NCBI GenBank assembly: GCA_964592055.1 | Contig: CAZQCC010000004.1 | Span: 7,162-71,161, forward strand | Length of the DNA stretch: 64,000 nt | Direction: 5' to 3' | From: an uncultured Ignavibacterium sp. | GTDB lineage: Bacteria; Bacteroidota; Ignavibacteria; Ignavibacteriales; Ignavibacteriaceae | Shown: piece after piece, positions 38,631 through 47,486 of the stretch | How positions within the stretch are numbered: the stretch's first letter is position 1 | How the letters are laid out: every line of letters begins with the position of its first letter | Notes under the pieces: generated by a model | Seen by the model: only the letters and a program-made list of their open reading frames with translations | What the model was told of the DNA's origin: nothing | Databases searched by the model: none | Made by a program: the position numbers and the translations under genes

Positions 38631-40078
38631 TTCTCCTTATTTTTCAAAATCGTTAAAACATTCTTAGGATTTCCGGCAGCTGAATAAAGCTCTGTCAGAT
38701 TTGAGTAGTATTCGAATAAAGACGACTCAGAATCGAGTAAAGCTTTTTCGAAAGCCAGATTTGCATCAACTACTTCTAATGAAGTTCCGAGTCCAGTTTC
38801 AAATCTTTTTTCATTCAATCTAAGATTTTCAACTGCGAGTGCAACAGTAGTTTTATTTCTTAAATATTTTTCTTTAGCGTTGATTACATCTTTAAAACTT
38901 TTGTTAATCAATAAAGAAATTTTATTCTCAACATTTTTTTGAAAAGCATTTACTTCTTCAATAAGATAATCCGCTGTCTGAAGTTTAGCATAATCTCTAA
39001 GACCGTTGAAGAGATTGATATTCAATGAAAGACCAACTGCCCAACGAGGTTCAAGTGTTGAAAGATACTCCGGATATAGTTCATATTTGCCGAAAGCAGC
39101 AAGTGTTGGTAAGAAAGAGCTTCTTTCAACATTGTATTTTTGTTCAGCTTGTTGTTTCTTCAATTCAATCAATTGAAGAATTGAGTTGTTATTCTTAGCG
39201 AGAGTTAAAAGATAATCCAGTGAATCAGCGAAATCACGAAAAATTAATGAGTCATCGATAACAATTGTTTCATTCAAGTCCATTCCCATTTCATTTTTCA
39301 ATGCTAGGTAAGCTAATTCAAGTTTATTTTTATCTTCGAATAAATTTTTCTCAGCATCAGCCAAAGCAACTTCTGCACGCAGCAGATTATGATTTGAAAT
39401 TAATCCTTGCATTAACATTTTATCCGCACGATCTCGATGTTTTTTCACTGATTCAACGACATCACTTCTGATTTTAATTACATCATTCATCAGAACAACG
39501 GCAAGATATTTTTTAGTTACTTCTTTTATTACTTCATCTTTAATTTGTTTTAACTCAACCTCAGCAGCTTTTTCGTCAAGATCAGAAAACCTTTTTGCAG
39601 CAAGAAGTTTTCCTCCGGTAAAAATTGGTTGAACTCCAATTAAAGTTGCGGTTTTATAGTCTTGCTTCTTCAACTCTTCTGTGAATGGTGGAATCAAAGA
39701 ATTTAACTGCGTGCTGTACTGATTGAATAAAAAATTTCTCTGCTCATTAGTTAATTGAGGATTACCTTGTAATAAGTTATAAATGTTTGCAAACTCAACC
39801 TGATTTTTTGATTGAAGTTGAATCATTGTCTGTCGGATTGGATCAAGGTCGATTATTATCGGATCATTTAAATGTGTGTATGAAGCATTAAGATTTATCT
39901 GAGGTAGAAAATTTCCTAATGCTTCCAGGTTCTGATACTCTTTCTGAGTAAGTTTAGCTTCATACTGTTTGATTTTCACATTGTTTTTTAATGCATAATC
40001 TATTGCATCTTCCAATGTGAGACTTTGACCATAACTTGTAGAAATAGCTAATATCAATAAGGCAAATACTTTTTTCAT
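38627..40078 (-). CDS. TolC-family outer-membrane protein
   Basis: ATG at 40078 gives the signal peptide MKKVFALLILAISTSYGQ. Two OEP repeats. A 4-nt overlap (ATGA) with the HlyD gene. Confidence 0.75.
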   Translation of the reverse strand: MKKVFALLILAISTSYGQSLTLEDAIDYALKNNVKIKQYEAKLTQKEYQNLEALGNFLPQINLNASYTHLNDPIIIDLDPIRQTMIQLQSKNQVEFANIYNLLQGNPQLTNEQRNFLFNQYSTQLNSLIPPFTEELKKQDYKTATLIGVQPIFTGGKLLAAKRFSDLDEKAAEVELKQIKDEVIKEVTKKYLAVVLMNDVIKIRSDVVESVKKHRDRADKMLMQGLISNHNLLRAEVALADAEKNLFEDKNKLELAYLALKNEMGMDLNETIVIDDSLIFRDFADSLDYLLTLAKNNNSILQLIELKKQQAEQKYNVERSSFLPTLAAFGKYELYPEYLSTLEPRWAVGLSLNINLFNGLRDYAKLQTADYLIEEVNAFQKNVENKISLLINKSFKDVINAKEKYLRNKTTVALAVENLRLNEKRFETGLGTSLEVVDANLAFEKALLDSESSLFEYYSNLTELYSAAGNPKNVLTILKNKEK

Positions 40079-40125
40079 AATAAGTTCCATAAATGAATTT
40101 CCATTCATTAAATGACTAAAAAATT

Positions 40126-40713
40126 TTAGATTAAAATTCCTTTTTTAACAATGTATTTGATATCCTGTCTCACTTTATTAAGAGGATATACATTCGGATT
40201 AAGTGCCCATAAGTGAAGTAAATGACGAACTCCGCCATAGATAAAATTCTTTGTAATACTTTTATCAAGATTTTTATTGAATGAATTACTCTTTGCACCT
40301 TCGTCTAAAATATTCTCACCAATTTCCAGAAAGTTATTATAAAGATCGTTCAGCTTGTTATTATTATCCTGAAGAAAATGCGGTTGCTCTTTAACAAAGA
40401 GCAGAGCAAGCTTTGAATTAGCTGTAAAAACATCAAACACGGTATCAATAAATCCATCAAGCTTTTCGATTGATGAAAGGTCATCTCTCTCGTAAATGGA
40501 TTTTACTAAAGAAATCAGCTTAATCCACAAGCCACTGAATATTTTTACAAGCAAATCTTCTTTACTTTCAAAATACAGGTAAACACTTCCAGTAGCCACA
40601 TTAGCAAGCTCAGCAATTTCCGAAATTTTCGCTTCGTGATAACCTTCTTTGGCAAAAACTTCAATTGCTGCTGAAATAATATCCTGTTCTTTATTTCCTT
40701 CTTTTCTTCTCAT
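40126..40713 (-). CDS. TetR/AcrR-family transcriptional regulator
   Basis: ATG at 40713 (MRRKEGNKEQ). The HTH region is IISAAIEVFAKEGYHEAKISEIAELANVATGSVYLYF. Confidence 0.8.
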   Translation of the reverse strand: MRRKEGNKEQDIISAAIEVFAKEGYHEAKISEIAELANVATGSVYLYFESKEDLLVKIFSGLWIKLISLVKSIYERDDLSSIEKLDGFIDTVFDVFTANSKLALLFVKEQPHFLQDNNNKLNDLYNNFLEIGENILDEGAKSNSFNKNLDKSITKNFIYGGVRHLLHLWALNPNVYPLNKVRQDIKYIVKKGILI

Positions 40714-40965
40714 TGTCAATATTATTATAAATGAATGATTGTTCAAAAATAACAAGTTCGAAAGTTCTCATCAATAATTTTGTTTGTCGTTTGTCAATTT
40801 ATTGATTTATATCACTTCTATAAATCTTGCTCAATTATTACCTAATCAAAAAACCATTAAAAAATATTACATAAAATTCAGAAAACTCTTCTTGTCTTTT
40901 TAAGCGTTTGAGTTAAAAGTTTTAAATGTTAATTATAAATAACTTACCATAGTAGGATAAATACT

Positions 40966-41088
40966 GTGATTGTTGCCACTCCTAAAGAACTCCTGCCTGG
41001 TGAAAACTGAGTTGCCTGAGTTTCCGATGTTGCCTCAAAATTAATTAAATACAGATTTAAATTTGTAATTGAAAAATTTCTAGATTAA
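40966..41088 (+). pseudogene. Remnant of the N-terminus of a PntA / alanine dehydrogenase-family gene
   Basis: The translation VIVATPKELLPGEN*VA*VSDVASKLIKYRFKFVIEKFLD* mirrors the family N-terminus (xIGxPKExxxGExRVAxxPxxVxxLxxxGFxVxVE). It has in-frame TGAs at 41008 and 41017 and ends after 40 codons. Confidence 0.45.
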
Positions 41089-41195
41089 ATGCCAATTAAT
41101 TATGACGGATCACAGGGGTCATTCTGATAAGAAATTATAGACAATTGAACATCGATTATCAGATTTGCACTAACATATTTATATACTTCTCTCTA

Positions 41196-41304
41196 AATGT
41201 AAAGACGAGCCGTTGGCTCATCTCAAAGAGGTATAATGTAAAGACGAACCGTTGGCTCGTCTCAAGTGGGCATAATGTAAAGACGAGTCGCTGACTCGTC
41301 TCAA
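41196..41304. repeat. Three tandem 31-bp hairpin repeats with a 39-bp period
   Basis: AATGTAAAGACGAGCCGTTGGCTCATCTCAA occurs at 41196, 41235 and 41274, separated by 8-nt spacers. Each copy folds as AGACGAGCC/GGCTCGTCT, and copy 3 carries compensatory changes (GAGTC/GACTC). Confidence 0.85.
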
Positions 41305-41360
41305 ACAGTGCTGAAAAAGCTAGAAATTTAAGGTTTTAATTAATCTAAAACAGATACTAC

Positions 41361-42560
41361 TCAATGAGTCGTCTGTACATTATAAAAACTATTATCAAGA
41401 ATCCTTTCAATTCCATTTTTCCCAACAGAAGTTAAAATTCGTTTTGCTCTGATGAAACCGCTTTTTCTATAATCGCTGTAATAAGGTTTTTCAGGATTAA
41501 AACTATTAATCTTTACTCTGCCTGCTGCGTGGATAAAATCTCCATCACCAATATAAATTGCAACATGAGTTATTCTTTCTTTTTTATCGCCGTTAGCTTT
41601 TCTGCCAAAGAAAAGTAAATCACCTGCTTGCAAGTTTTCCCATCCATTTTCAGTATCGATTAACTCACCAGTATTAACTTGCTGGGAAGCATCGCGAGAC
41701 AAAATTATTCCATTTAAAAAATAAACAGTTTTGGTAAATCCACTGCAATCCATTCCTTTGGTAGAAGTTCCTCCCCATAAATAAGGAATACCCATAAAAC
41801 GATAAGCAGTTTTTAAAATTGATTCACCTGTCGGAGAAAGTGAATTATACCAGTCATCAAATACCACCGCTTCAGATTTTTTTACAAAAGCTTTTCTTCC
41901 ATCCGGAAAGGTCACGGAATAAAATTCATTGTTAGTATTTTCAAATTTCAATATGTTGCCTGCAACCAGATCGGATACCGTCTGAGAATTTTCATCAGGT
42001 TGAGAATATGAAAAACCATATTCTTTTAGGTAAATAACTTTCTCTGAAGATTTCCAATCCACAAATTCCTTCTCATTCATTAGCTCAAATCCATCATCAT
42101 CAAGCCAGGAGACATAACCATCTGGTGTTTGAACTAAATAATAACCATCCTCGCCTTTTTTGTAAACCTTTAATGGAGTGCCGAGAATTGATTGAGTAAC
42201 CAATTCAGCAGGATGATCAGGTTTTGAACGGAAGTTTGCAACAGAGAGTTTAATTACTCCGTAAATCATACCATCCAGTTTGGGAGACGGTAGTACTTCA
42301 ACTTGATCTTCAAAATCTATCTTAGATTCCTTCAGTAATCTTGCAAGCTCAGTTTTAGCTTCAGCAAGATTAGTTTCTCCATTTAGGATGATCTTACTTT
42401 CAGATTCTGCAGCTTCAATACTAAAAATTGCAACCCGCTTATCAGGTGCAAATTTCTCTTTTACTTCAACTAAGATTGAATTTAATTTCTCCATTTTATT
42501 TTGAGCTTCGGTGTTATTAAAAAAAGTTATTAGTAAAAAAAAAGTAAATAAAATTTTCAT
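41361..42560 (-). CDS. NlpC/P60 cell-wall peptidase with SH3b domains (gamma-D-Glu-diamino acid endopeptidase type)
   Basis: Signal peptide. Catalytic Cys in GMDCSGFTKTVY and His in THVAIYIG. Confidence 0.8.
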   Translation of the reverse strand: MKILFTFFLLITFFNNTEAQNKMEKLNSILVEVKEKFAPDKRVAIFSIEAAESESKIILNGETNLAEAKTELARLLKESKIDFEDQVEVLPSPKLDGMIYGVIKLSVANFRSKPDHPAELVTQSILGTPLKVYKKGEDGYYLVQTPDGYVSWLDDDGFELMNEKEFVDWKSSEKVIYLKEYGFSYSQPDENSQTVSDLVAGNILKFENTNNEFYSVTFPDGRKAFVKKSEAVVFDDWYNSLSPTGESILKTAYRFMGIPYLWGGTSTKGMDCSGFTKTVYFLNGIILSRDASQQVNTGELIDTENGWENLQAGDLLFFGRKANGDKKERITHVAIYIGDGDFIHAAGRVKINSFNPEKPYYSDYRKSGFIRAKRILTSVGKNGIERILDNSFYNVQTTH

Positions 42561-42575
42561 TATCTCATCCAGTAT

Positions 42576-43991
42576 TTATTTGTATTCAACATTCATTTGA
42601 TAATCCCATTTATCAAAATAAAGATTTCCACCGCGCCACTCTAATTCGCCGCGCTGAAAATCTACTGTTTCACTTCTTGGGAAAATTTTGGCAGGGAAGA
42701 GAGTTTTGGAGTAATCATCGTTCACTATTAAATGATACGGATCGATACTGCCGAGGAAAAAATATTTTTCATCTTCAAATTCAGAATCAACTAATCCAAA
42801 TGATTGATCAACAGGAACCCAACCATATCCTTCGAAATATATTTCACTCCAATCGTGCAGATTAACTTCGCCTGGATGTAACATCCAGCCGCTTTGCCAT
42901 TTTGCAGGAATGCCATTATATCTGCAGAGAGTCATAAACAATAAAGTTTTAATCCCACAATCACCGTGTCCACGAGTAACACAATAATCAGAAATATTTT
43001 CTATTGTGGAGTATTCTCTTGCTCCAGCCCAGGGAATATTAGCTGAAATCCAGGTGAAAATCTTTTTAGCAAGTAAGTAAGGATTTGTTTCATTACCAAC
43101 AATCTCTTTTGAAAGGCTTTCGATTTTATCTGTAAAGAGTATATGCGGTGATCTTTCCACGGTGTAAGTATTATACAAACCTGATTCTTTATTGTACGGT
43201 TTTATTAATTCAGGTTGAATAAAATTTACTTCGTTATAATTTGTTACCTCAAGAACCATATTAAAAATTGTAGGCTGATCTTTAATTGCAGGCTTTTGCA
43301 TATACAATGTTCGCTGCTGATTATCATTACTTGCAATCAGATATTCATCTGAATTTACCGCAAGTAATTTTACATCTACTTGTCTCTGATGCCCTTCACG
43401 TGGAAAGGGAAGCCAGCACTTAATAATTTCTCCATCAGGAACAGCATTTGCATCAACTGTAACTGTGTAATTTAATCTAAACGCTACAGGTTTAACTAGA
43501 CTTTCCTGTCCGTTTGCAGATTCATCTAAAACTGTTGGGATGTAATCTTCCAGAAAAACATCAAGCGGATCTTTTATATATCCATCAACAAGCTCTTTTT
43601 GTTTTTTTGCTTCTTTGTTTATTCTGAATAAATTTGATGCTGAGCGTGCGAAGTACCATTTTTGCCCGTCAATAATTTTGAATTCAAGTGAACCATCTTT
43701 TTCCCATTTCTCAAGATCCTTTACTTTAGCTTCCGGGTAATATTTATTCACATACTTTAGTACATCTTCGGCAGATTTGTTAAAATCTTTTTTTATTCGC
43801 TCAAGTCTCTCTTTTTCAAAAAGAAGTTCAAACTTTTCATTATCTGAAAGGTTTGCAGAATAAATCTTTTCATCTATCAAAGTTGAAGCTCTATTAAATT
43901 CACCTGATTTAACTAATTCATTTATTTCATTAAATCTTGTTTGAGCGTTGATTGAAACTGTTAACATAGCAAGTAATAAGAAAGTTTTCAT
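42576..43991 (-). CDS. Transglutaminase-like cysteine protease-fold protein, secreted
   Basis: GHGDCGIKTLLFMTLCRYNGIPAKW core with downstream His/Asp (NLHDWSEIY, VPVD). Confidence 0.7.
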   Translation of the reverse strand: MKTFLLLAMLTVSINAQTRFNEINELVKSGEFNRASTLIDEKIYSANLSDNEKFELLFEKERLERIKKDFNKSAEDVLKYVNKYYPEAKVKDLEKWEKDGSLEFKIIDGQKWYFARSASNLFRINKEAKKQKELVDGYIKDPLDVFLEDYIPTVLDESANGQESLVKPVAFRLNYTVTVDANAVPDGEIIKCWLPFPREGHQRQVDVKLLAVNSDEYLIASNDNQQRTLYMQKPAIKDQPTIFNMVLEVTNYNEVNFIQPELIKPYNKESGLYNTYTVERSPHILFTDKIESLSKEIVGNETNPYLLAKKIFTWISANIPWAGAREYSTIENISDYCVTRGHGDCGIKTLLFMTLCRYNGIPAKWQSGWMLHPGEVNLHDWSEIYFEGYGWVPVDQSFGLVDSEFEDEKYFFLGSIDPYHLIVNDDYSKTLFPAKIFPRSETVDFQRGELEWRGGNLYFDKWDYQMNVEYK

Positions 43992-44023
43992 AAACGATGC
44001 CTAATTGATGACATTTGATATTT

Positions 44024-44031
44024 CAAAGCTA
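44024..44031 (-). promoter_or_regulatory. Bacteroidetes-type -7 promoter box (TAnnTTTG)
   Basis: The minus strand reads TAGCTTTG, 33 nt upstream of the ATG at 43991. Confidence 0.35.
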
Positions 44032-44065
44032 ACCTTTTCTGTGAAAATTTTCATCAAACTTTGCT

Positions 44066-44073
44066 TATTTTTG
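44066..44073 (+). promoter_or_regulatory. Bacteroidetes-type -7 promoter box (TAnnTTTG)
   Basis: TATTTTTG lies 30 nt upstream of the ATG at 44103. This argues against the TTG start at 44061. Confidence 0.35.
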
Positions 44074-44102
44074 TGGTGATAATTTTCTTCATTGGAGATT
44101 TT

Positions 44103-45239
44103 ATGAAACCTTCCGAACGTTTGCTTTCGCTTGATGTGTTCAGGGGAATAACGATTATGGGAATGATACTTGTTAATAACCCTGGTACGTGGAGTTCAGT
44201 CTATCCTCCATTGCTTCACGCCAAATGGCATGGCTGTACTCCAACAGACTTGATTTTCCCTTTTTTCCTTTTCATTGTTGGTGTTGCCGTTTCTTACTCT
44301 TTAAGTAAAAGAAAAGAACAGGGCGGAAGTATGAAAGCCTTGTATCTGAATATTTTCAGAAGAGGTGTAATTCTTTTTGCCTTAGGGATTATACTTGCAG
44401 GTTTTCCTTTTGGATTATTATTTGGACACGAATTTTCCTGGAGCACAATACGCATCCCTGGAGTGCTTCAGAGGATTGCCATAGTCTACATGATAACGGC
44501 AATTCTTTTCCTTGCTACTAATACCAAATTTCAATATTGGTTTACGGGAATCATTTTAGTTGTTTATGCTGCGTTAATGAGTTTAATACCCGTACCCGGA
44601 GTTGGATATGCGAATTATGAGCCCACAACGAATCTAGCGGCCTGGTTAGATAATCTTTTATTGAACGGACATCTTTGGTCGGGTACAAAGGTTTGGGATC
44701 CGGAAGGTATTCTTTCAACCCTTCCTGCAATTGGTACTGCTATGCTTGGAATATTTACAGGAAATTTATTAAGAAGTGAAAAAGATCAAACAACTAAAAC
44801 TGTTTGGTTATATACATGGGGAGTTATACTAATGGCCGCAGGTTGGATTTGGGATGGCTGGTTTCCAATTAATAAAAATATCTGGACGAGTTCTTACGTT
44901 CTTTACACAGGCGGACTTGCTCTGCTGTTTTTAGGATTCTGTTACTGGTTTATTGATGTGAAGAAAAAAACCTGGTGGATAAAACCTTTTCATGTTTATG
45001 GAATGAATGCTATAACTGTTTTCTTCCTTTCAGGTATAGTTGGTAGAATAATGTATATGATTAAGTGGACGGGCGCTGATGGAAATCCGATAACTTTGAA
45101 AAGTTATTTGTTTGAAACTTTTTACTTATCGTGGCTTGAACCAATTAATGCATCGCTTGCATGGGCAATATCATATATTCTTATCTGGCTTGGAGTGATG
45201 TGGATCCTATATTCAAAAAAGATTTTTATAAAGGTTTAA
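44103..45239 (+). CDS. HGSNAT-like (DUF5009) membrane acyltransferase
   Basis: ATG at 44103 with a [32 protein letters not shown]-terminal signature and about 11 TM segments. Confidence 0.55.
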   Translation: MKPSERLLSLDVFRGITIMGMILVNNPGTWSSVYPPLLHAKWHGCTPTDLIFPFFLFIVGVAVSYSLSKRKEQGGSMKALYLNIFRRGVILFALGIILAGFPFGLLFGHEFSWSTIRIPGVLQRIAIVYMITAILFLATNTKFQYWFTGIILVVYAALMSLIPVPGVGYANYEPTTNLAAWLDNLLLNGHLWSGTKVWDPEGILSTLPAIGTAMLGIFTGNLLRSEKDQTTKTVWLYTWGVILMAAGWIWDGWFPINKNIWTSSYVLYTGGLALLFLGFCYWFIDVKKKTWWIKPFHVYGMNAITVFFLSGIVGRIMYMIKWTGADGNPITLKSYLFETFYLSWLEPINASLAWAISYILIWLGVMWILYSKKIFIKV

Positions 45240-45242
45240 TAG

Positions 45243-45764
45243 ATGAAAACAATAATCATTTCTGTATTACTAGTTTTTTCTTTGCTTGCTCAGAAAGCAC
45301 CACCAAAAACTGTTGACTATGTTGATCTGAAAAAGTATGCCGGCCTATGGTATGAGATTGCTAAAATTCCAAACAGTTTTCAGGATCATTGTGTTAAGGG
45401 AACCACAGCTAAGTACACACTCACTAAAGATGGCGAAATAGAAGTAATTAATTCCTGCATTGATGAAGATGGAGAAGTGGATGAAGCTGATGGTGTTGCA
45501 AGGATTGTTGATAAAAAAACTAATGCTAAATTGGAAGTAAGCTTTGTAAGCTTTCTTGGTTGGCGTCCATTCTGGGGTGATTATTGGGTAATAGGTTTGG
45601 ATGAAAATTATCAATGGGCAATAGTTGGAACTCCAAGCAGAAAATATGGCTGGATATTGAGCAGGACTCCAAAACTTAGTGATGAAATTATGTCTAAGAT
45701 AAACCAGATCCTTTTAGATCAAGGATATAATCCGAAAAAATTTGAGATAAGTAAACAACAGTAA
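45243..45764 (+). CDS. blc: Bacterial lipocalin (Blc-like)
   Basis: YAGLWYEIAKIPNSFQ lipocalin motif 1 and WILSRTP motif. Length is 173 aa. Confidence 0.7.
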   Translation: MKTIIISVLLVFSLLAQKAPPKTVDYVDLKKYAGLWYEIAKIPNSFQDHCVKGTTAKYTLTKDGEIEVINSCIDEDGEVDEADGVARIVDKKTNAKLEVSFVSFLGWRPFWGDYWVIGLDENYQWAIVGTPSRKYGWILSRTPKLSDEIMSKINQILLDQGYNPKKFEISKQQ

Positions 45765-45768
45765 TTTG

Positions 45769-45792
45769 TAGGACAGGATTAATCCTGTTCTA
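45769..45792. terminator. Palindromic hairpin between convergent genes (possible bidirectional terminator)
   Basis: TAGGACAGGATTAATCCTGTTCTA is a 10-bp stem including one G-U pair. No clear U-tract. Confidence 0.35.
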
Positions 45793-45798
45793 AATTAC

Positions 45799-47340
45799 TT
45801 ATAAAAACATTTTTGCACCTGGTCCCACCGGAATTCCCAATAGAAACCAAACAATGAACATAATAGACCAGATTATAAAAAATGTAAAAGTATAAGGCAG
45901 CATCGTTGCGATCAAAGTACCAATACCTGCTTTAGGATCGTACTTTGCAACAAATGCAATTATCAAAGCAAAGTAAGACATCATTGGTGAGATAATGTTT
46001 GTAACACTATCGCCAACCCTGTAAGCAGCTTGAACAAGTTCTGGTGAATAACCAAGAAGCATAAACATCGGAATAAAAACCGGTGCCATTACCGCCCATT
46101 TGGCGGAAGCACTTCCAATGAATAGATTGATAAATGCAGATATTATTATAAATGCTATCAAAAGAGGAATAGGTCCTAATCCTGATGATTTTAAAAGGTT
46201 GGCTCCCTCAACTGCAACGATCATCCCAAGATTCGTCCAGTTAAAGAAAGCAACAAACTGAGCTGCGAAGAAAACAAGAACTATATACGATCCTAATGTC
46301 TCCATTGATTTATTCATCCCCTTTATAACATCATTATCGCTTTTAATGGTTTTGGCCCCAACTCCATAAGCTAATCCAGCAATAACACCGCCAAGAAAAA
46401 TAAAGGTAACGATACCACTTAAGAACGGTGATTTTAAAATACTGAATGTTTTAGGGTCCCTTAAGAAACCATTTTCTGGTACTATTCCGATTGCTATTAC
46501 AGCACTAAATATTATAACGGCTATTGCGGAGTACCACAAGCCTCTTTTTTCATCTGTAGACAGTGGCTTGATCTCTTCTGCTTCTGCATTACCTTTATAT
46601 TCACCTAAACGAGGTACAACAATTTTTTCAGTAACCCATGTACCCGCAGCTGCAATAAAAAATGTTGAAACAAACATAAAGTAATAATTTGCAGCAGCAT
46701 TTACTTCGTAAGTTTTGTCTATGATGTGAGCGGCTTCTTGAGTAAGCCCTGCTAGAAGAGGATCTATCGTACCAAGCAAAAGATTTGCACTATAGCCTCC
46801 GGATACTCCGGCAAAAGCAGCAGCTAATCCTGCAATAGGATGCCTGCCGACAGCTAAAAAAATAATTGCTGAGAGTGGTACTAATAAAACATAACCGATC
46901 TCGCTGGCTGTATTAGACAAAATTCCAGCAAAAACTATAACAAAGGTTAATAACTTTTTTGGTGCTTTCAGAACTAATAATCGGAGAGATGTACCTATCA
47001 ATCCACTATGCTCTGCAACTGCAATTCCAAGCAATGAAACTAATACTGTTCCTAATGGTGCAAATGCAGTAAAGTTTGTAATGAGATTGAGAATTATTCT
47101 GTGAATTCCATCAACAGAGAGAAGACTTACAGGTTTAATTTCTTGTCCTGTACCGGGATGAACTACAGAAAAGTTGAATTGACTAACAACCCATGAAAGA
47201 ATTATTACACCAAGGGCAAAGAGTGCAAAAAGTGTGGTTGGATTAGGTAATTTGTTTCCAACTTTCTCAATTACACTCAGAAATTTTTCTATGAAGGCAT
47301 TTGAACTATTGTTCTTTTTGGCTGAATTATTTACAGTCAT
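45799..47340 (-). CDS. abgT: AbgT-family transporter (p-aminobenzoyl-glutamate / dipeptide-type)
   Basis: 513 aa. The N-terminus [27 protein letters not shown] is typical of AbgT/MtrF proteins. Confidence 0.75.
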   Translation of the reverse strand: MTVNNSAKKNNSSNAFIEKFLSVIEKVGNKLPNPTTLFALFALGVIILSWVVSQFNFSVVHPGTGQEIKPVSLLSVDGIHRIILNLITNFTAFAPLGTVLVSLLGIAVAEHSGLIGTSLRLLVLKAPKKLLTFVIVFAGILSNTASEIGYVLLVPLSAIIFLAVGRHPIAGLAAAFAGVSGGYSANLLLGTIDPLLAGLTQEAAHIIDKTYEVNAAANYYFMFVSTFFIAAAGTWVTEKIVVPRLGEYKGNAEAEEIKPLSTDEKRGLWYSAIAVIIFSAVIAIGIVPENGFLRDPKTFSILKSPFLSGIVTFIFLGGVIAGLAYGVGAKTIKSDNDVIKGMNKSMETLGSYIVLVFFAAQFVAFFNWTNLGMIVAVEGANLLKSSGLGPIPLLIAFIIISAFINLFIGSASAKWAVMAPVFIPMFMLLGYSPELVQAAYRVGDSVTNIISPMMSYFALIIAFVAKYDPKAGIGTLIATMLPYTFTFFIIWSIMFIVWFLLGIPVGPGAKMFL

Positions 47341-47486
47341 ATTCCTCTCTTATCGGTTATTATTTTGTGATTTGCTGGTTAGTTTGCAATATAATAAAAA
47401 TGATAACGTTACAAGAGGAAAAAAAGTTTAATTGCAATATCCTTTAATTACTGATTCCATTGAATAAATTTTACTTTAACAACTTT

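Noticed and set aside
41008-41019. Two in-frame TGA codons in a conserved protein context, possibly selenocysteine or a reassigned stop codon.
   Set aside because: TGA clearly terminates other genes in the window (for example at 60942-60944 and 63380-63382). The frame ends after 40 codons with no downstream continuation, and no SECIS-like hairpin follows. A pseudogene remnant is the simpler reading.
41196-41304. Possible mini CRISPR array (regularly spaced direct repeats).
   Set aside because: There are only three repeats. The spacers are 8 nt, far too short for protospacers, and the repeat itself is a strong palindrome. No cas genes or leader are in the window. This fits a REP-like hairpin array better.
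44061-44102. TTG start extending the HGSNAT-like ORF by 14 codons.
   Set aside because: The ATG at 44103 has a GGAGA RBS. A TAnnTTTG box lies inside the putative extension. The conserved [10 protein letters not shown] motif starts right after the ATG.
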